From: Phoronis australis
Taxonomy: Eukaryota > Animalia > Phoronida
Reading direction: 5' to 3'
Length of the DNA: 64,000 nt
Assembly (NCBI GenBank): GCA_002633005.1
Contig: NMRA01000435.1
Location: 62,001 to 126,000, forward strand
The translations under genes were made by a program, and so were the position numbers. This document shows, piece after piece, positions 52,301 through 64,000 of this stretch. The stretch's first letter is position 1. Every line of letters starts with the position of its first letter. The notes beneath the pieces are model-generated. The model saw only the letters and a list, made by a program, of their open reading frames with translations, was not told the DNA's origin and did no database searches.

Positions 52301-55300
52301 TCCTACTTTTGTGTAAGGGCCATCAAAAATAAGACTTACGTGATTTTTATGAAAAAACTGAAAAGTTGTGTAAAACAAAACTGAAATGATAATTTAGAAA
52401 AGTGTAACAGCATTTTTCGAGATCTCATCTTGAACATTTATATCGACCATGATATTGCCACAATCGCCACGTACAAATAATTTACAGAAATTATCTCAGT
52501 AACCAGCAATTATGCGTGTGTATACTCAAGGACTTTGCACCTTTGTTCAAATGAAATTTAGTTATTTTTCACTAACAGGTTGGTGGAAAGTAAGAACAAA
52601 TTTCGCACGTGTTTTACGTCAATGTTTATGAAACAGACCCCAGATTTTTAATTAAATTAAATTCCAATAGGTCAGGTCTGATACAATCTCATCAATTTTA
52701 AAAATAGTTGCAGAAATCTTTTTCATTTTTAAAGGCTAATAACATAGTTCTCAATGCCCTCAATTTATCAAGACAAAGAAAGGAAAAAATCAAAATTTCA
52801 TTTGCTACCATACTGTTTCCTAGATTTGATGGTAGCGAGATAAACAAAAATGGGAATATCTGATTATTGACAGTAAAATCAACTTAAAACTTCAGTAGGC
52901 AAACACGCACTTTACCCGATAAATTAGAATATTAAATTATGACATTAATAGGATAAGAGATATGACTGCAGAACGTGAGAATCACAAGGCTGTCATATGA
53001 AACGACCACAACAGCACTGTATTTGAGGGCACAATAACTACATCTGACAGGTCAAGTATGGCCATGACCATAAAAATATTTACCAAGGAATCGTAACTTA
53101 TTATTGAAAGAACAATCCAAATGTTAGGCAATGACAAGTTTATGAAGGACATATACAAAATCCTTGCAGTTTTTAACACCACAATGTACAGAACCACGCA
53201 TCAATAAAATATAAGACTGAAAACAATAGAGTTTTAAGTTTCAATTATTTTTAACTCGTTGAGGTCATTGGCATTTGATCAGCAATGTTTTTGACTTTTC
53301 TGGAGACATCAGTTAAGTTTTATAATGAGAAATTACAAAAACAAGAGGATTTAGAGATCTTTTGTACCAGATGACATAACATGAATCCTTTTTGACGTAA
53401 AAGCTACAAAAAATTGGATTAATTTGAATTATAAACAAAATTAGATTCAGCAACTTTAAGGTCACAAATAATCCCCCAATAAGCACGCAAAATAGTTGAA
53501 AAGCAGAAATTTGTTTTGACATCACAAGGCAAAATTTTGAAAAAGAATTTAGAAATTATATTTACACCAAGTTAACTTACAAATTAGTTTTTACAACCTT
53601 CACTTTTTTAAAAGTGATCCATAAAAACGGGAATTAAATCAGTAGATTTTAAAGCAAGCCATTAAGTAAAACTGTAAGGGAAATTATGTTTTTTGTGATA
53701 AAAATGCAATTTTGTGATTACTGCCGAGAGACTTCTCGAAATTATAGGCTTTGAATAGAGCTATAAAACAATAAAATCTGTTTTCACTGAAATCGAGGCC
53801 GGCGCCTTATACGTTTAAAATATTGTTATTTCATGCATGCGATTTGGTTCGTCTATAGATCATTCGCCTGGTAATTTCTGTAAAATTACTTTTCTCATCA
53901 AGAATATCTGTCGAACAATGCACAGAGTACACAGAAATAGTGGAGGGAAACTCATTTCTTCAGAATATGAAATACGCATCTACATTAATACAGATCATTG
54001 GGGCATGAGGTCTTCAGTGCTTTTCAAACAATGGGGTAATCATGTCAACCACAGTGGAGCAATATTTGATGTACTTATTAACATGTTAATTTGATATACA
54101 GATGGGTGTCGTTTCTGCAAACATTCTGCATGCCAATATTCCTCTGGATTTATGTAATTACTAACGACATTCGAATTAAAGCCATGGTCAATACTCAAAA
54201 CTAGTCAAGCCAAACGGAAGTGAGCTTTGCTGTGGCATTTTGGATGTAGACAAATGCGAAATAGCACTTAACGCTTATGGGAGAAAGATGTAGGTATTTC
54301 ACAAACTTAATTAAAAGATACGATAGAGCTATGAATGCACACAAAGGCTGTTTGGAAAACAAAGAGTTTTAGCAAACACTTTAAAAGTGACCGGGTGAGA
54401 CACTGCCTGAGTATTTCACGTAATTATTACGTGAACGATTAGCTAGGTTTATTTTAAATTTAATTATAACTTTGGTAGTAGAATGAGAAAACAATATTTC
54501 ACTGTCAAACTGGAGAAGTCTGCATGAAAAATTAATTTACATAAAATTAGATTAGATAAGATTAAATGAGATACAACCAATAAATATGCCATCCACAAAT
54601 ATTGTACTCAATCCTACAATAACTTTCCAAATACAACTCTACCGTGGCTTTACTAAACCATATTTGGGGAGGCGAACCTAATTTTACGCCAGTATTTGAT
54701 ATTTATGGCAGTCATAAACATAAAGCATAGGTGAGATCGTAACACTGGCTCTACACCATACATATGGTGCGCAAGGCTATCAGGTAAGAAGATAACAGTC
54801 AAACCATGAAGCTGTAGTCAACAAAGAACTGTTAAGTGGTGAGGTAAGCAAATAAGACTATTAACGATGCAGTCGTCATCTAACGACTGCCGAGCCGAGC
54901 CGTGAGGTAAGAAAACGCAAGTCAAATAAGACAGCTGTAGTCAACCATGGACAAGTTTTCAACTACACAGCAATTGGACGGAAATTTGCTCAGGTATGAC
55001 ATCATTCCGCTGAGATTTTCGACAATTTAACATAATTAGTTAATAACATTTTCATAGAACGTAGCATTGTAGTCTTAATCCAACAATAAATTATACGAGG
55101 ACCTAATTTTTTATTATTAATTTCCATTCAGGGAAACATGCTTCTGTTGAGATGTTGTTGTATTCTGAAAAGTCGGTTATCACGTGTGTATCTTGGGTAT
55201 GATGTAATTTGTAATTATCATATGTGACTTTCATTGACATTGATAAGGACAATAAATCATATCTTTCCGTCCAAATATTTTGTCATTTTCATGTCAACAG

Positions 55301-58300
55301 TCTTCCACTTTCAGATAGACCTTGCCGTGATGTGGTTGTAAATATACAGTACATGCCAGCACATTCACATTCGGAGCAAAATTAGACATAAAAACGCTGA
55401 ATTTGACAGACAATACATCAGAACGAAAATAATTCAAAATTCTATTTGAAGATTAAAAGACATGTTTTATCCACGATTCCAAAGGCATCTTTCAACAGAC
55501 GATTACAAAAATTACAAGCGCGCTGAATTACCAGTGGACGAATTAATCAATTGATGTTGTAAAGTATTTAATAGCACCGTACATGACGATGACTCACCCT
55601 CGCACAGTTTTTAACCAATCAAGTGAATCGACGAAACCCATCAAATGTACTTTAGGGCAAGGAAACATTATTGCCACGTGTCCATTAATGGCTAGAGTGG
55701 TGCCAACATTTCTTAATTAATTTGCGAAGTAGATAGGCAAAAATTCCTGTGGTCTTTGAATTTCCTAAAATCAGTTTGAGACACAGTTTTGAAGTCATGC
55801 CACTTGAGGAGACTAGCCCCTGTCACCAACTCGCATACTTTCATTTTCTGCCAGTTTTTCCAAAATAATCTCCATTTTCTGTGACTTATTTCTCCTACAA
55901 AAAGCAATTTCGGTAGATTTGTCGAGCACCCAAGAACATATGGTAAGACTCGCAACATGACAGTTGTCAACATTTTACAATTTTTTTTCGTTTTCTATGA
56001 GTTTTAGGCTTTTTCTTTTTCTACGAGTTTTCCAAATACTGAATCTTTTCATGATTCTTTTCAGGCTTTCCCGGTTACCATGGAGTGCACTTTTCCCATC
56101 TTTTTTGCTAAGACGAACAACTTCATGGCAGAATTAAAGAAAAAATACGAGCCTAAAGTCACTGGTTTACATGTAGGTCGTTGATAGCACAAAACTCTTT
56201 GATACAAGAGGTAATATTATTGGCTTTATCACACCATCCACACGATGTTACAACATACTTAAGGACCCCCAAGGAACACCTACTATGAGCTCACGTGGTC
56301 CAAAATGCGTTTATGATAACTCAAATCTCTAGCGCTGATACAGTTTGCCAGAGTCTGCAACATTGTTTGTGTATGCAGTGAACATTTTTCAACCAGCACA
56401 GTTTACACGAAACATAGTTCTTACCCATAATGCAGTATCTTTCATTTTCTACCAACGTGCCTGGATTTTACTTTTCGCTTCAATTATAAGTTACATTCCA
56501 TACAAAGAAACTCACAGCAGTCTTTGTTAAAGGCTGTCGTCAAGGATACGTGAGAATGACATGTCAAGTGAAGTTTCCTTCAATTCGAAGAAAAATACTG
56601 GCTAAAATTGTTCTTTTTGATTTTTCAAATGCTCACTGTATAGTCAAAAATGTTCAAAATTTCACGTTTTTGTGGATGACAACTGTACTAAATGAAGTGT
56701 TCAAATAATCAAGTAAATCTGTTTTAATTTAAAGAAACTTTACTGCATTTTTATTTTAAAGAGTATATTCATTCATATTGTGAAATTTGTGACTTAAGTT
56801 TTGCTCTTCCATGACTAGTTTCCATGCATACAAAATATTCTCGTCTCTTTCCAAGTTTTTCATGATGATAGTCTCTCTCTACAGTAGTGGAAGGTCTCAC
56901 AAGGTATCCGCTCAACACACAATCAATACTACACAAGCATGTTCGCGCCATGTTAAGTTGTGGCAGACGCACTCCTCTATGGCATTTCCCGTAACGTTGG
57001 CAAAACGTGGGAATACATGCTTCAGCAGTCATAGTCAACAATCAATACTGCTGAATTTCACTGACTATGAACTGGGCAGCTAAAGCCTCTGGGAAAGGTC
57101 AGCGTTTTTTAGTGGCGAATAGATCTCAATTATATGGCGCAAGCTGTTTTTAAGATAAGCCTAATGATCGTACGAGGAGCCTAACATGCGCTACTTAAAG
57201 AAGCACTTCTCGCTGTTCAGCTAGCTAAGAACGAAAATTGAATTAGGTTTTGAAACCTCATAAATTTAGTCTCATTATATTCCTTGTCGTGAAAAGAACA
57301 TCGAAACTATTAGCTACTCAAGAAAACGCTTCAGAGTTTATTGGTGTTGGACAACCCTAAACTAAATGAGGTTTGTACGCATTGCCTGTGACTCGAGTTG
57401 GTAACGGAAATGGAATCGTATCGTAGTGAGAAATTAGTGAGACCAATTTTATGAGAGTAAAAGTTCACTTCGTTTTTCGATTTCAACCAGTAAAACTGGG
57501 CAAAAAGCAGCAAATTACGATTAAAAATTCAGTTTGTCAAAACCAAGTAACGCCCACATCACACAGTACATCCATTTTTAATACGGATTTGACACAAAAG
57601 CATGAAATCTAAACCAGACAACCAAAGTCGTTACAATGAAATAGAGCATGTTTTGCACTAAAAAATAACTATACGATCACTGGTCCAGTAGCAAAATAGG
57701 ATATGATGGAAAAACGATAATTCTTTCTTGGAAATACGTGAGAATTGAAAACAACTGAAGCGGTCGACTGAGATTCAACCTATTAGATACATGAGGCCAG
57801 GTAATGTTCAAAGTTTCAAGTGTGTTTCAAGATCAAAGCAGGCCACCAGGTGTCACTGAAGCTTGAAAAAGGCACTGGCTGATACAACGTGGTTTGAAAG
57901 TCCAGGAAATAATTATAATTTTTCTGTATCACAGTTATTATACTTGTTTAATAATATCACGGTCATTTATGTTTCCTTTGATGTTGGGTTAGAAAACAAC
58001 TCTCACGAATGAATTAGTCTGATATTGAACATTTGAACTTGTGTGGAGCAGACAAGTCAACGGTCACTATTCCTAAACAAAATGACGTTCCACTGAATTT
58101 TTGAAAACATCCCGCTCCAAACTGTGTAAACTAGTAAGCACATTATTATTGTGATAACGCACAAATTACACGATCAGATATAAAGTCAGTTTCCAATGAC
58201 CAAAGCAGAAGGTAAGTCTCAGAGAAAACAAATCAGGATTTTTACTACGAAACAAAACACTCCATCGCTGAGGCTGATTTCCTAAAGTTGATAAAGAACA

Positions 58301-59406
58301 TATTACGCTTAATATTCTATATGCTCATAACACCACAAATACAGAAAAATCTCACAAATTTTGGACAACTTTAGTTGTTGCAATTCTTATTCATTTTCAA
58401 GAGCTTCTAACTTTGTTTTGAATGCTCACAACTTTTCAAAACCTTCAAAGATGACAACCACGTTACAGAGCTTTGAAATGGTAAATAAAGCCTCAGGGAA
58501 AAAATGAGGAAGCAAAATTTCAAATGTGCACCAAATCGCATCCTATATTAGTAACTTAATCGTATTCTCAAATTTCCAGAGATCACAAAATCCCGATGAA
58601 AAAATGAATATATATTTTGTAGCCACACCGATGAATTGTCACATTCCATCTGCTATGTGTCACCAACATGTAGTATCCTGATATCATGATTAAGTGTTGG
58701 GACTCGTCACAAGAATGCAGGCGACCACACAGTCAGGGTGTCAGTCACCACGGCCACACAGAACAGGAATGTGGTAAAAAATAGACAAATGTGTCACCAT
58801 GAAAAATTTGTCACCAGAAGCCATTGAAATGCTGGAGATGTGAGAAGTGAACAAAGAATGTACAGAACAGAAATGGTTTGGAATATGAGCGCGGCAGTAA
58901 AAAAACTAACACCCAAAATGCTTGTGGTTTTGCTAATTTTACTGATTATGACTAGTTTTTTGAAACAAAAAGCTCGCAAATTCTTGTACTGTTCATGCTA
59001 AAGCCCCGTGCACCACCATCTTGGAAAACCAGTATTGATTCATGTTTAGGGGAGGAACTTGTATTTCTAAAATGGCGACTTAGCACACACATGATAAAAC
59101 GACCAAATGGAGTTCATTGGTTGCTTAAAAAGAAAGATTTATGGCCGCCAACTTCATTTATCCTAGTTTGAAATTCAAGACTTCGGCTCAACTTTAAAGG
59201 AGAATGTTACTATTTTAGGTCTTTTTGGTCAATTTGGAATAGTTTATGTGCTATAAAAGGTATTTTGGACCTTTCCAGTCCATTTCTACAAAAACGAAAT
59301 GAAATAAAAATACCATTTCCTCAAACCGGTAGAGGTGATGCAATGACCAAGTTTCAACAATGTCCATTGATATGAGCGAGTTTTCAGTTTAGAGCACTGT
59401 CCTTTT

Positions 59407-59466
59407 CCGAAAATAAATCCCAACCGAAAATAAATCACAACCAAAAATAAATCACAACCAAAAATA
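59407..59466. repeat. Minisatellite, 17-bp unit (ccRaaaataaatcMcaa) x ~3.5
   Basis: Direct inspection. Confidence 0.75.
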
Positions 59467-61233
59467 GGTTAAATGGCAATGAGGGTAAATATCCAGATAA
59501 ATTGAGTGTAAACAAGTTAGACCAAACTTTGTCTAATGGCCAACATGGAGACTGCTGATTCCTGACTAAGTGATAGTGTAAACAATGTTGTCTTACCGAT
59601 TTCAGGGATAAAGATTGCGCTCAGCTTTCTTGTAGCCCTCGGGTGGAAAATGAATGACCCATTAACGGTAGACTGAGCTACTGACCCAGTAGTGAATTGC
59701 CAAGCACAATTTCTGTTATTTGTTCACAAGTAATTTCTTTTAAATCATATTACATAAAACTATGACAGCTAATTCGCATATCCAATCATAACGAGGGTTT
59801 TTTACTCCTGTCATGAAAATTTACTGAACAGCCAGACCACATGAACATGTTGTGTAAAAATGTATCTTTATCAGTGAGGCGTGGAAATATGTTGCGAACA
59901 TTTTGTCCCATCAGCACGCCACCTTTTTGGTTACATCACATTACAAAATGTTCGCCACAGGAACATGTTGTAACATTCTGTAATGCATTCCTCAAGAACA
60001 TGCTACTTGCCATTTCAACTGTTACTAAACACAATCAGCCATATTAATGCCCCCGTCACTTTCTGCATCAAACAGCAACACCAATTTTATCAAAGTGTTA
60101 CCCGGAATTAATGTCCTATAAAAAGGAACATGGGTAAACTTGGTTACAGGTTTACAACACCAGGTGGCGCTCACATGTCCAATTCCTACTTGTAAATGTT
60201 ACTCTCAAAGCACCAAGAACAAAACAAGAGGCCGAGTATCCGTGTTCAACAAAACGAGAAGCCAAGTACCTACATTCGAGCACTGCGCAACATTTCACAT
60301 CACAAATCACTGCACGCCAAACTGAAGCCAAAGAGCAACTGGAGTCATCACAAAATGTAAGAACTAGAAACAATTGCAACATTTACATCACTTGAACACA
60401 GCGGCCATTTTGGAAAAAAAAAAAGGCTTAGGAACTGATCGAATTAAAACAGACTGCGTATAAATATCTGCAGGAGTCTGCACAACTCACACTTTTCAGG
60501 TGGTATCAAAGCTATTGGGAAAATATGAACAGCAACTAAAAGTAGACAACATGACATATGAAAGAGAGCAAGTACTACTTCTTTGTGCTCTTTTGCAGAT
60601 AACGTTTCAATTCCATGATGCCTGTTCACAGAATTGCTCAAAGTCCACAGTTTTTGAGACAGCTGATCTAGAAGGTATATTTCCCAACCAGAAATGTCCG
60701 AGTTGTTACGACTGCGCGCACAGCATACAGCATATAATTATCCAACTCTAAATGCTCGAGTTAAACAGTGCATGACCATGATCACATCAAAGACAAAGTC
60801 AGACAACTCTCACACTCACGTATGTGACACCACTTAAGGCCATAAGAAAACACTAGGTGTGTACTCTTATTCATATACCGCACCACACTGACAAAACATG
60901 TGAAAAGGTGAATAAGAAGGATCTGGCGAGACTTGCGTGCATAATTCGTGCAGTTAGGGCACTTAATTTCATAACTAAGCATTCAAAGTATTAAATATCG
61001 TTGACAGAAGTGTTACAAATAGTGATTTACAAAAATAACTCTTTGCAACTGACTTTTCAAAGCCAGTCTAACTCGCGCGCTGTCAAAGAGATGACCTGAT
61101 CTACCAAGAGATCTTTTTAGAGAGAATCACCAAGGCAATGCTACTTAACATTCAGTTATTACTGCAGGTGCTCTAATATGAACAAGTCAATACATGCCAG
61201 TATTGGCATACAGAATAAACGGTGTAACGCTCC

Positions 61234-61339
61234 CAGATGCAGATCCAGGGTGTCTCCGGATACTTTTCCCTTGAAGCAACTCAAAAGTGGCTGTGCATAG
61301 GACCCCTGGAACCCCTGAGCCCCTCTGGATCTGCACCTG
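61234..61339. mobile_element. 106-bp MITE with CAG-type TIRs next to the MIB1 donor site
   Basis: CAGATGCAGATCCAG / CTGGATCTGCACCTG (1 mismatch); no clear TSD. Confidence 0.6.
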
Positions 61340-61367
61340 CGTCCCAGTCAACCCACACGCCACCTAC

Positions 61368-61519
61368 CTGGGGTTGCCCCTCAGCGCAGCATGGTGCAGA
61401 GCGTTAAAGCCATTGTTGTTTGTTATGGTGATGTCAGCGCTGTACTCTAGCAGTAATGATAACATGTCGTCCCGCTTTTTACTGATGGCGTCGTGAAGGG
61501 GAGTGTCACCCTCTGAGTC
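61368..61519 (-). CDS. MIB1: MIB1 ankyrin exon ([51 protein letters not shown])
   Basis: 152 nt; ttctAG acceptor and GTAGGT donor; near identity to MIB1. Confidence 0.97.
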
Positions 61520-63016
61520 CTAGAACATAGATAATGTCGTGTAATCAAACACAGTTTTACTTTGCAAGGAACATTTCCTACATATTCAACGCAAAACTTA
61601 CCAACAGGTTACTCAAACACACAAAATACGAACCACAAAGATTAAGGAAAATGATTTCCATCCCCAAACAGACTATTCTGGGAATTGGCGAGTAAAAAGA
61701 GCGTCAAAATATGATTGGTTTTGAAACGGTTGGCCAACGTTTCCAAAATTGAACAGCTTCATGTAAGTCGCAGGTAATCTTGCAACCTAGAAAAACAACT
61801 TGTATCACAAGGAAACATTTAAGACCAGCTTGTTAGATTTAATCTCTTGTTAAGGCCATGAGCAGGAAGAAATGCCTTTTTAAGGAAACAAGTTCATGTT
61901 TTGATGTAGATTAGATCAACAATGGTTTGTAATTCACCATTGAACTTTTACACGTTAACACTTTTGAAGTCTACACTCTTGTATATATACAAAGTCCCTA
62001 GTTATTTGACTTCAACGATAAAGTATAGGGTTGCTTGCACACTGAAAGCCGTTTTACTGCAACTAGAATGGCTAATCTTTGAAAAAAGATGTTTGTTCCT
62101 CTCGTAAACTAGCAAAACGTTTTGCAGCAATTTGGAAATCATTTTTTAAATTTACATAAGTAAAAAGTGCCATCTGTCATTACGGAGCGATTCAGATTAA
62201 AAATCTAAAATGTCTATAGAGGGCGCTGTTAGCAGGGAAAATTCTTCCAGTTGTTTAAGTCTATGGATGATTTTTGAGTCACTGAGTGTGGACACATTAT
62301 GAGTCTGCATTGGTGCCACCTTTTGGAGAACTTTGAGACTCACCAAGCATGAGTGACCTTTTGTCATCTAATTATCAGGAAATGTTTTTCACCTTTCAGT
62401 CAACTTTTTAGTTGTTTTTAATTTAAGTTGTCCTCACAAGTAGTTTAGATTTACATCAAAATATAAGCAAGTCACCTAGCAACATAAACAGTGTTGTCAA
62501 CAGAAAATAGCTAAAACGAGGCCAAAAACGAGAAGGTTCAAAGATTTTCAAACCATTTTGGGATGATTCAAATCTCATCTTGTCTGAAAAGCATGAATAT
62601 TCCTCCACTGTCCACGTCATCGATCACAGATTTATCGTCAAGTCATCAAACAAGACAGCAGCTGTTCGAGTACAGCCAAAAAAGAAATTGTAAACAAATT
62701 TTTATAGCACTTAGAATTATTTTATCTGATTTTAGGATGATTGTACAGTATTTGTCCCCTTCGCTACAAGAAAAAATATTGATGAATGGAGTAGCCTTTC
62801 AACCTCTTGGTGCAGTTGACTCTACAATTTTTGGCCCCTTGTTTTGAAGATATGACAGACTACCTCTCGGTAGAGTTTAGTGTTTATGAATTCCGCAGTA
62901 TATTTATGTGTAACAGAGAGAACACATAGAATCACCCCTTGGTTGACCATCATGAGTTGCTTAAGCTGAGTGACCCTTTGTTGTCCACAAGATTCATCAC
63001 CTGTGTGATATCCTAC

Positions 63017-63214
63017 CTGTAGACTAGCATGACACCCAATCTCCAGCAACATCTTGACAACCCCGATATGACCCTTGTTAACCCCAATATGCAGAGGAGT
63101 CTGCCGGCGCTTGTTACGAGCGTTCAAGTCGGCACCGCCGCGATGAAGCAGCTCAATGACCGTGGGTTCGTCACCGAAGGCAGCGTGATGGATGGCACGG
63201 TCGCCATCTTTATC
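63017..63214 (-). CDS. MIB1: MIB1 ankyrin exon ([66 protein letters not shown])
   Basis: 198 nt, phase 0/0, canonical splice sites. Confidence 0.97.
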
Positions 63215-63749
63215 CTGAAACACGAAAGTAAAGGAATGTGACTGGTAGCGATACCCATTACAGACTTCATACTGGAACAAGAAGTAATTTTCAAGGCTCA
63301 GAAAATTGACAGGATATAACTGTTCGTAGGAATGTACTCAGTAATTGCTATGAGTAGTTGAAAACATATATGCACCGAAATCAACATGTTTTTCAAGCAG
63401 ACAGGCAATAGATTGATTCCCTGCATAGCCACCAGGTGGGTTAACTGGTAAATGATCCCGTGTGTTTAGCGGCTCACAACTAAGTATTAGAGCTTAGCAC
63501 AATTCATACTATTTCATTTTCATGCATATTGACATTTTTGTTTGATAATTTTATACTGCAGTAAATTTCTGTTGTTAAATACTTTCAACAATCAGCAGAG
63601 CTAAGCTACTGAATGTTTTAAAATGAAGACATCATTGATCTCTTAACTAACACATTCAATAGTGAACTAAGAGTAACACCAACTATCACTCAGATCAGAC
63701 TATAAGCTTAACAAGACTGTCTCACTTAAAGTTTTTTCACAGGCTATAC

Positions 63750-63857
63750 CTCAATCTCCATGTCAGCGTCACACTTGCTAAGTACTCGTATGACCTCAGC
63801 GTGTCCATTCTGTGATGCAGCCTGCAGGGCTGTGTGACCGGCGAACACACCGTTGGG
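63750..63857 (-). CDS. MIB1: MIB1 ankyrin exon (PNGVFAGHTALQAASQNGHAEVIRVLSKCDADMEIE); the gene continues beyond the window
   Basis: 108 nt; ttccAG acceptor and GTATAG donor; GHTAxQAASQNGH motif. Confidence 0.95.
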
Positions 63858-64000
63858 CTGGAACGTGTACAAAGGAAATTTCAGTAATATGAACAAGAGT
63901 GGAGTGCCAAGATCTACCAACAAAGCGTTCACTCATTCGTCGCCAGATGGCGCAATGAGTCAAGACACAATACACACCGGTTTTTAGTACAAACACCAAA

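Noticed and set aside
59195-59215. TTAAAGGAGAATG Kolobok-like terminus
   Set aside because: No matching opposite TIR was found, so no element can be delimited.
28388-60982. Many 60-115 aa ORFs within the giant intron as a nested protein-coding gene
   Set aside because: No recognisable domains or consistent exon chain; their sizes fit random ORFs, and many start at non-ATG codons.
62829-62845. TTTGGCCCCTT resembling a second miR-133
   Set aside because: The seed is mismatched, the similarity stops after ~11 nt, and there is no hairpin.

Overview
AT-rich, intron-rich genomic DNA from a bilaterian animal, probably a heterozygous invertebrate; the taxon cannot be fixed from sequence alone. Two spliced protein-coding genes lie tail-to-tail. 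On the + strand are four coding exons of an FKBP12/FKBP1A-type prolyl isomerase (68-15764; the first exon is upstream of the window), and its last intron is a U12-type AT-AC minor-spliceosome intron. On the - strand are the last 12 coding exons of the E3 ligase mind bomb 1 (MIB1; 63857 down to 19766; ankyrin repeats and three RING fingers). A 33.3-kb MIB1 intron (28104-61367), equivalent to vertebrate Mib1 intron 12, carries the muscle microRNA hairpins miR-1 and miR-133 on the antisense strand, together with CArG/MEF2/M-CAT/E-box motifs. FKBP intron 2 holds a 2-kb Kolobok-type transposon relic (THAP plus KolX), a Penelope GIY-YIG fragment with a decayed hammerhead, and MITEs. Two tandem duplications joined by a single N, one of which copies a MIB1 exon, look like uncollapsed haplotypes. 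Most ORFs in the supplied track are spurious. All calls were made by eye; no database search was run.
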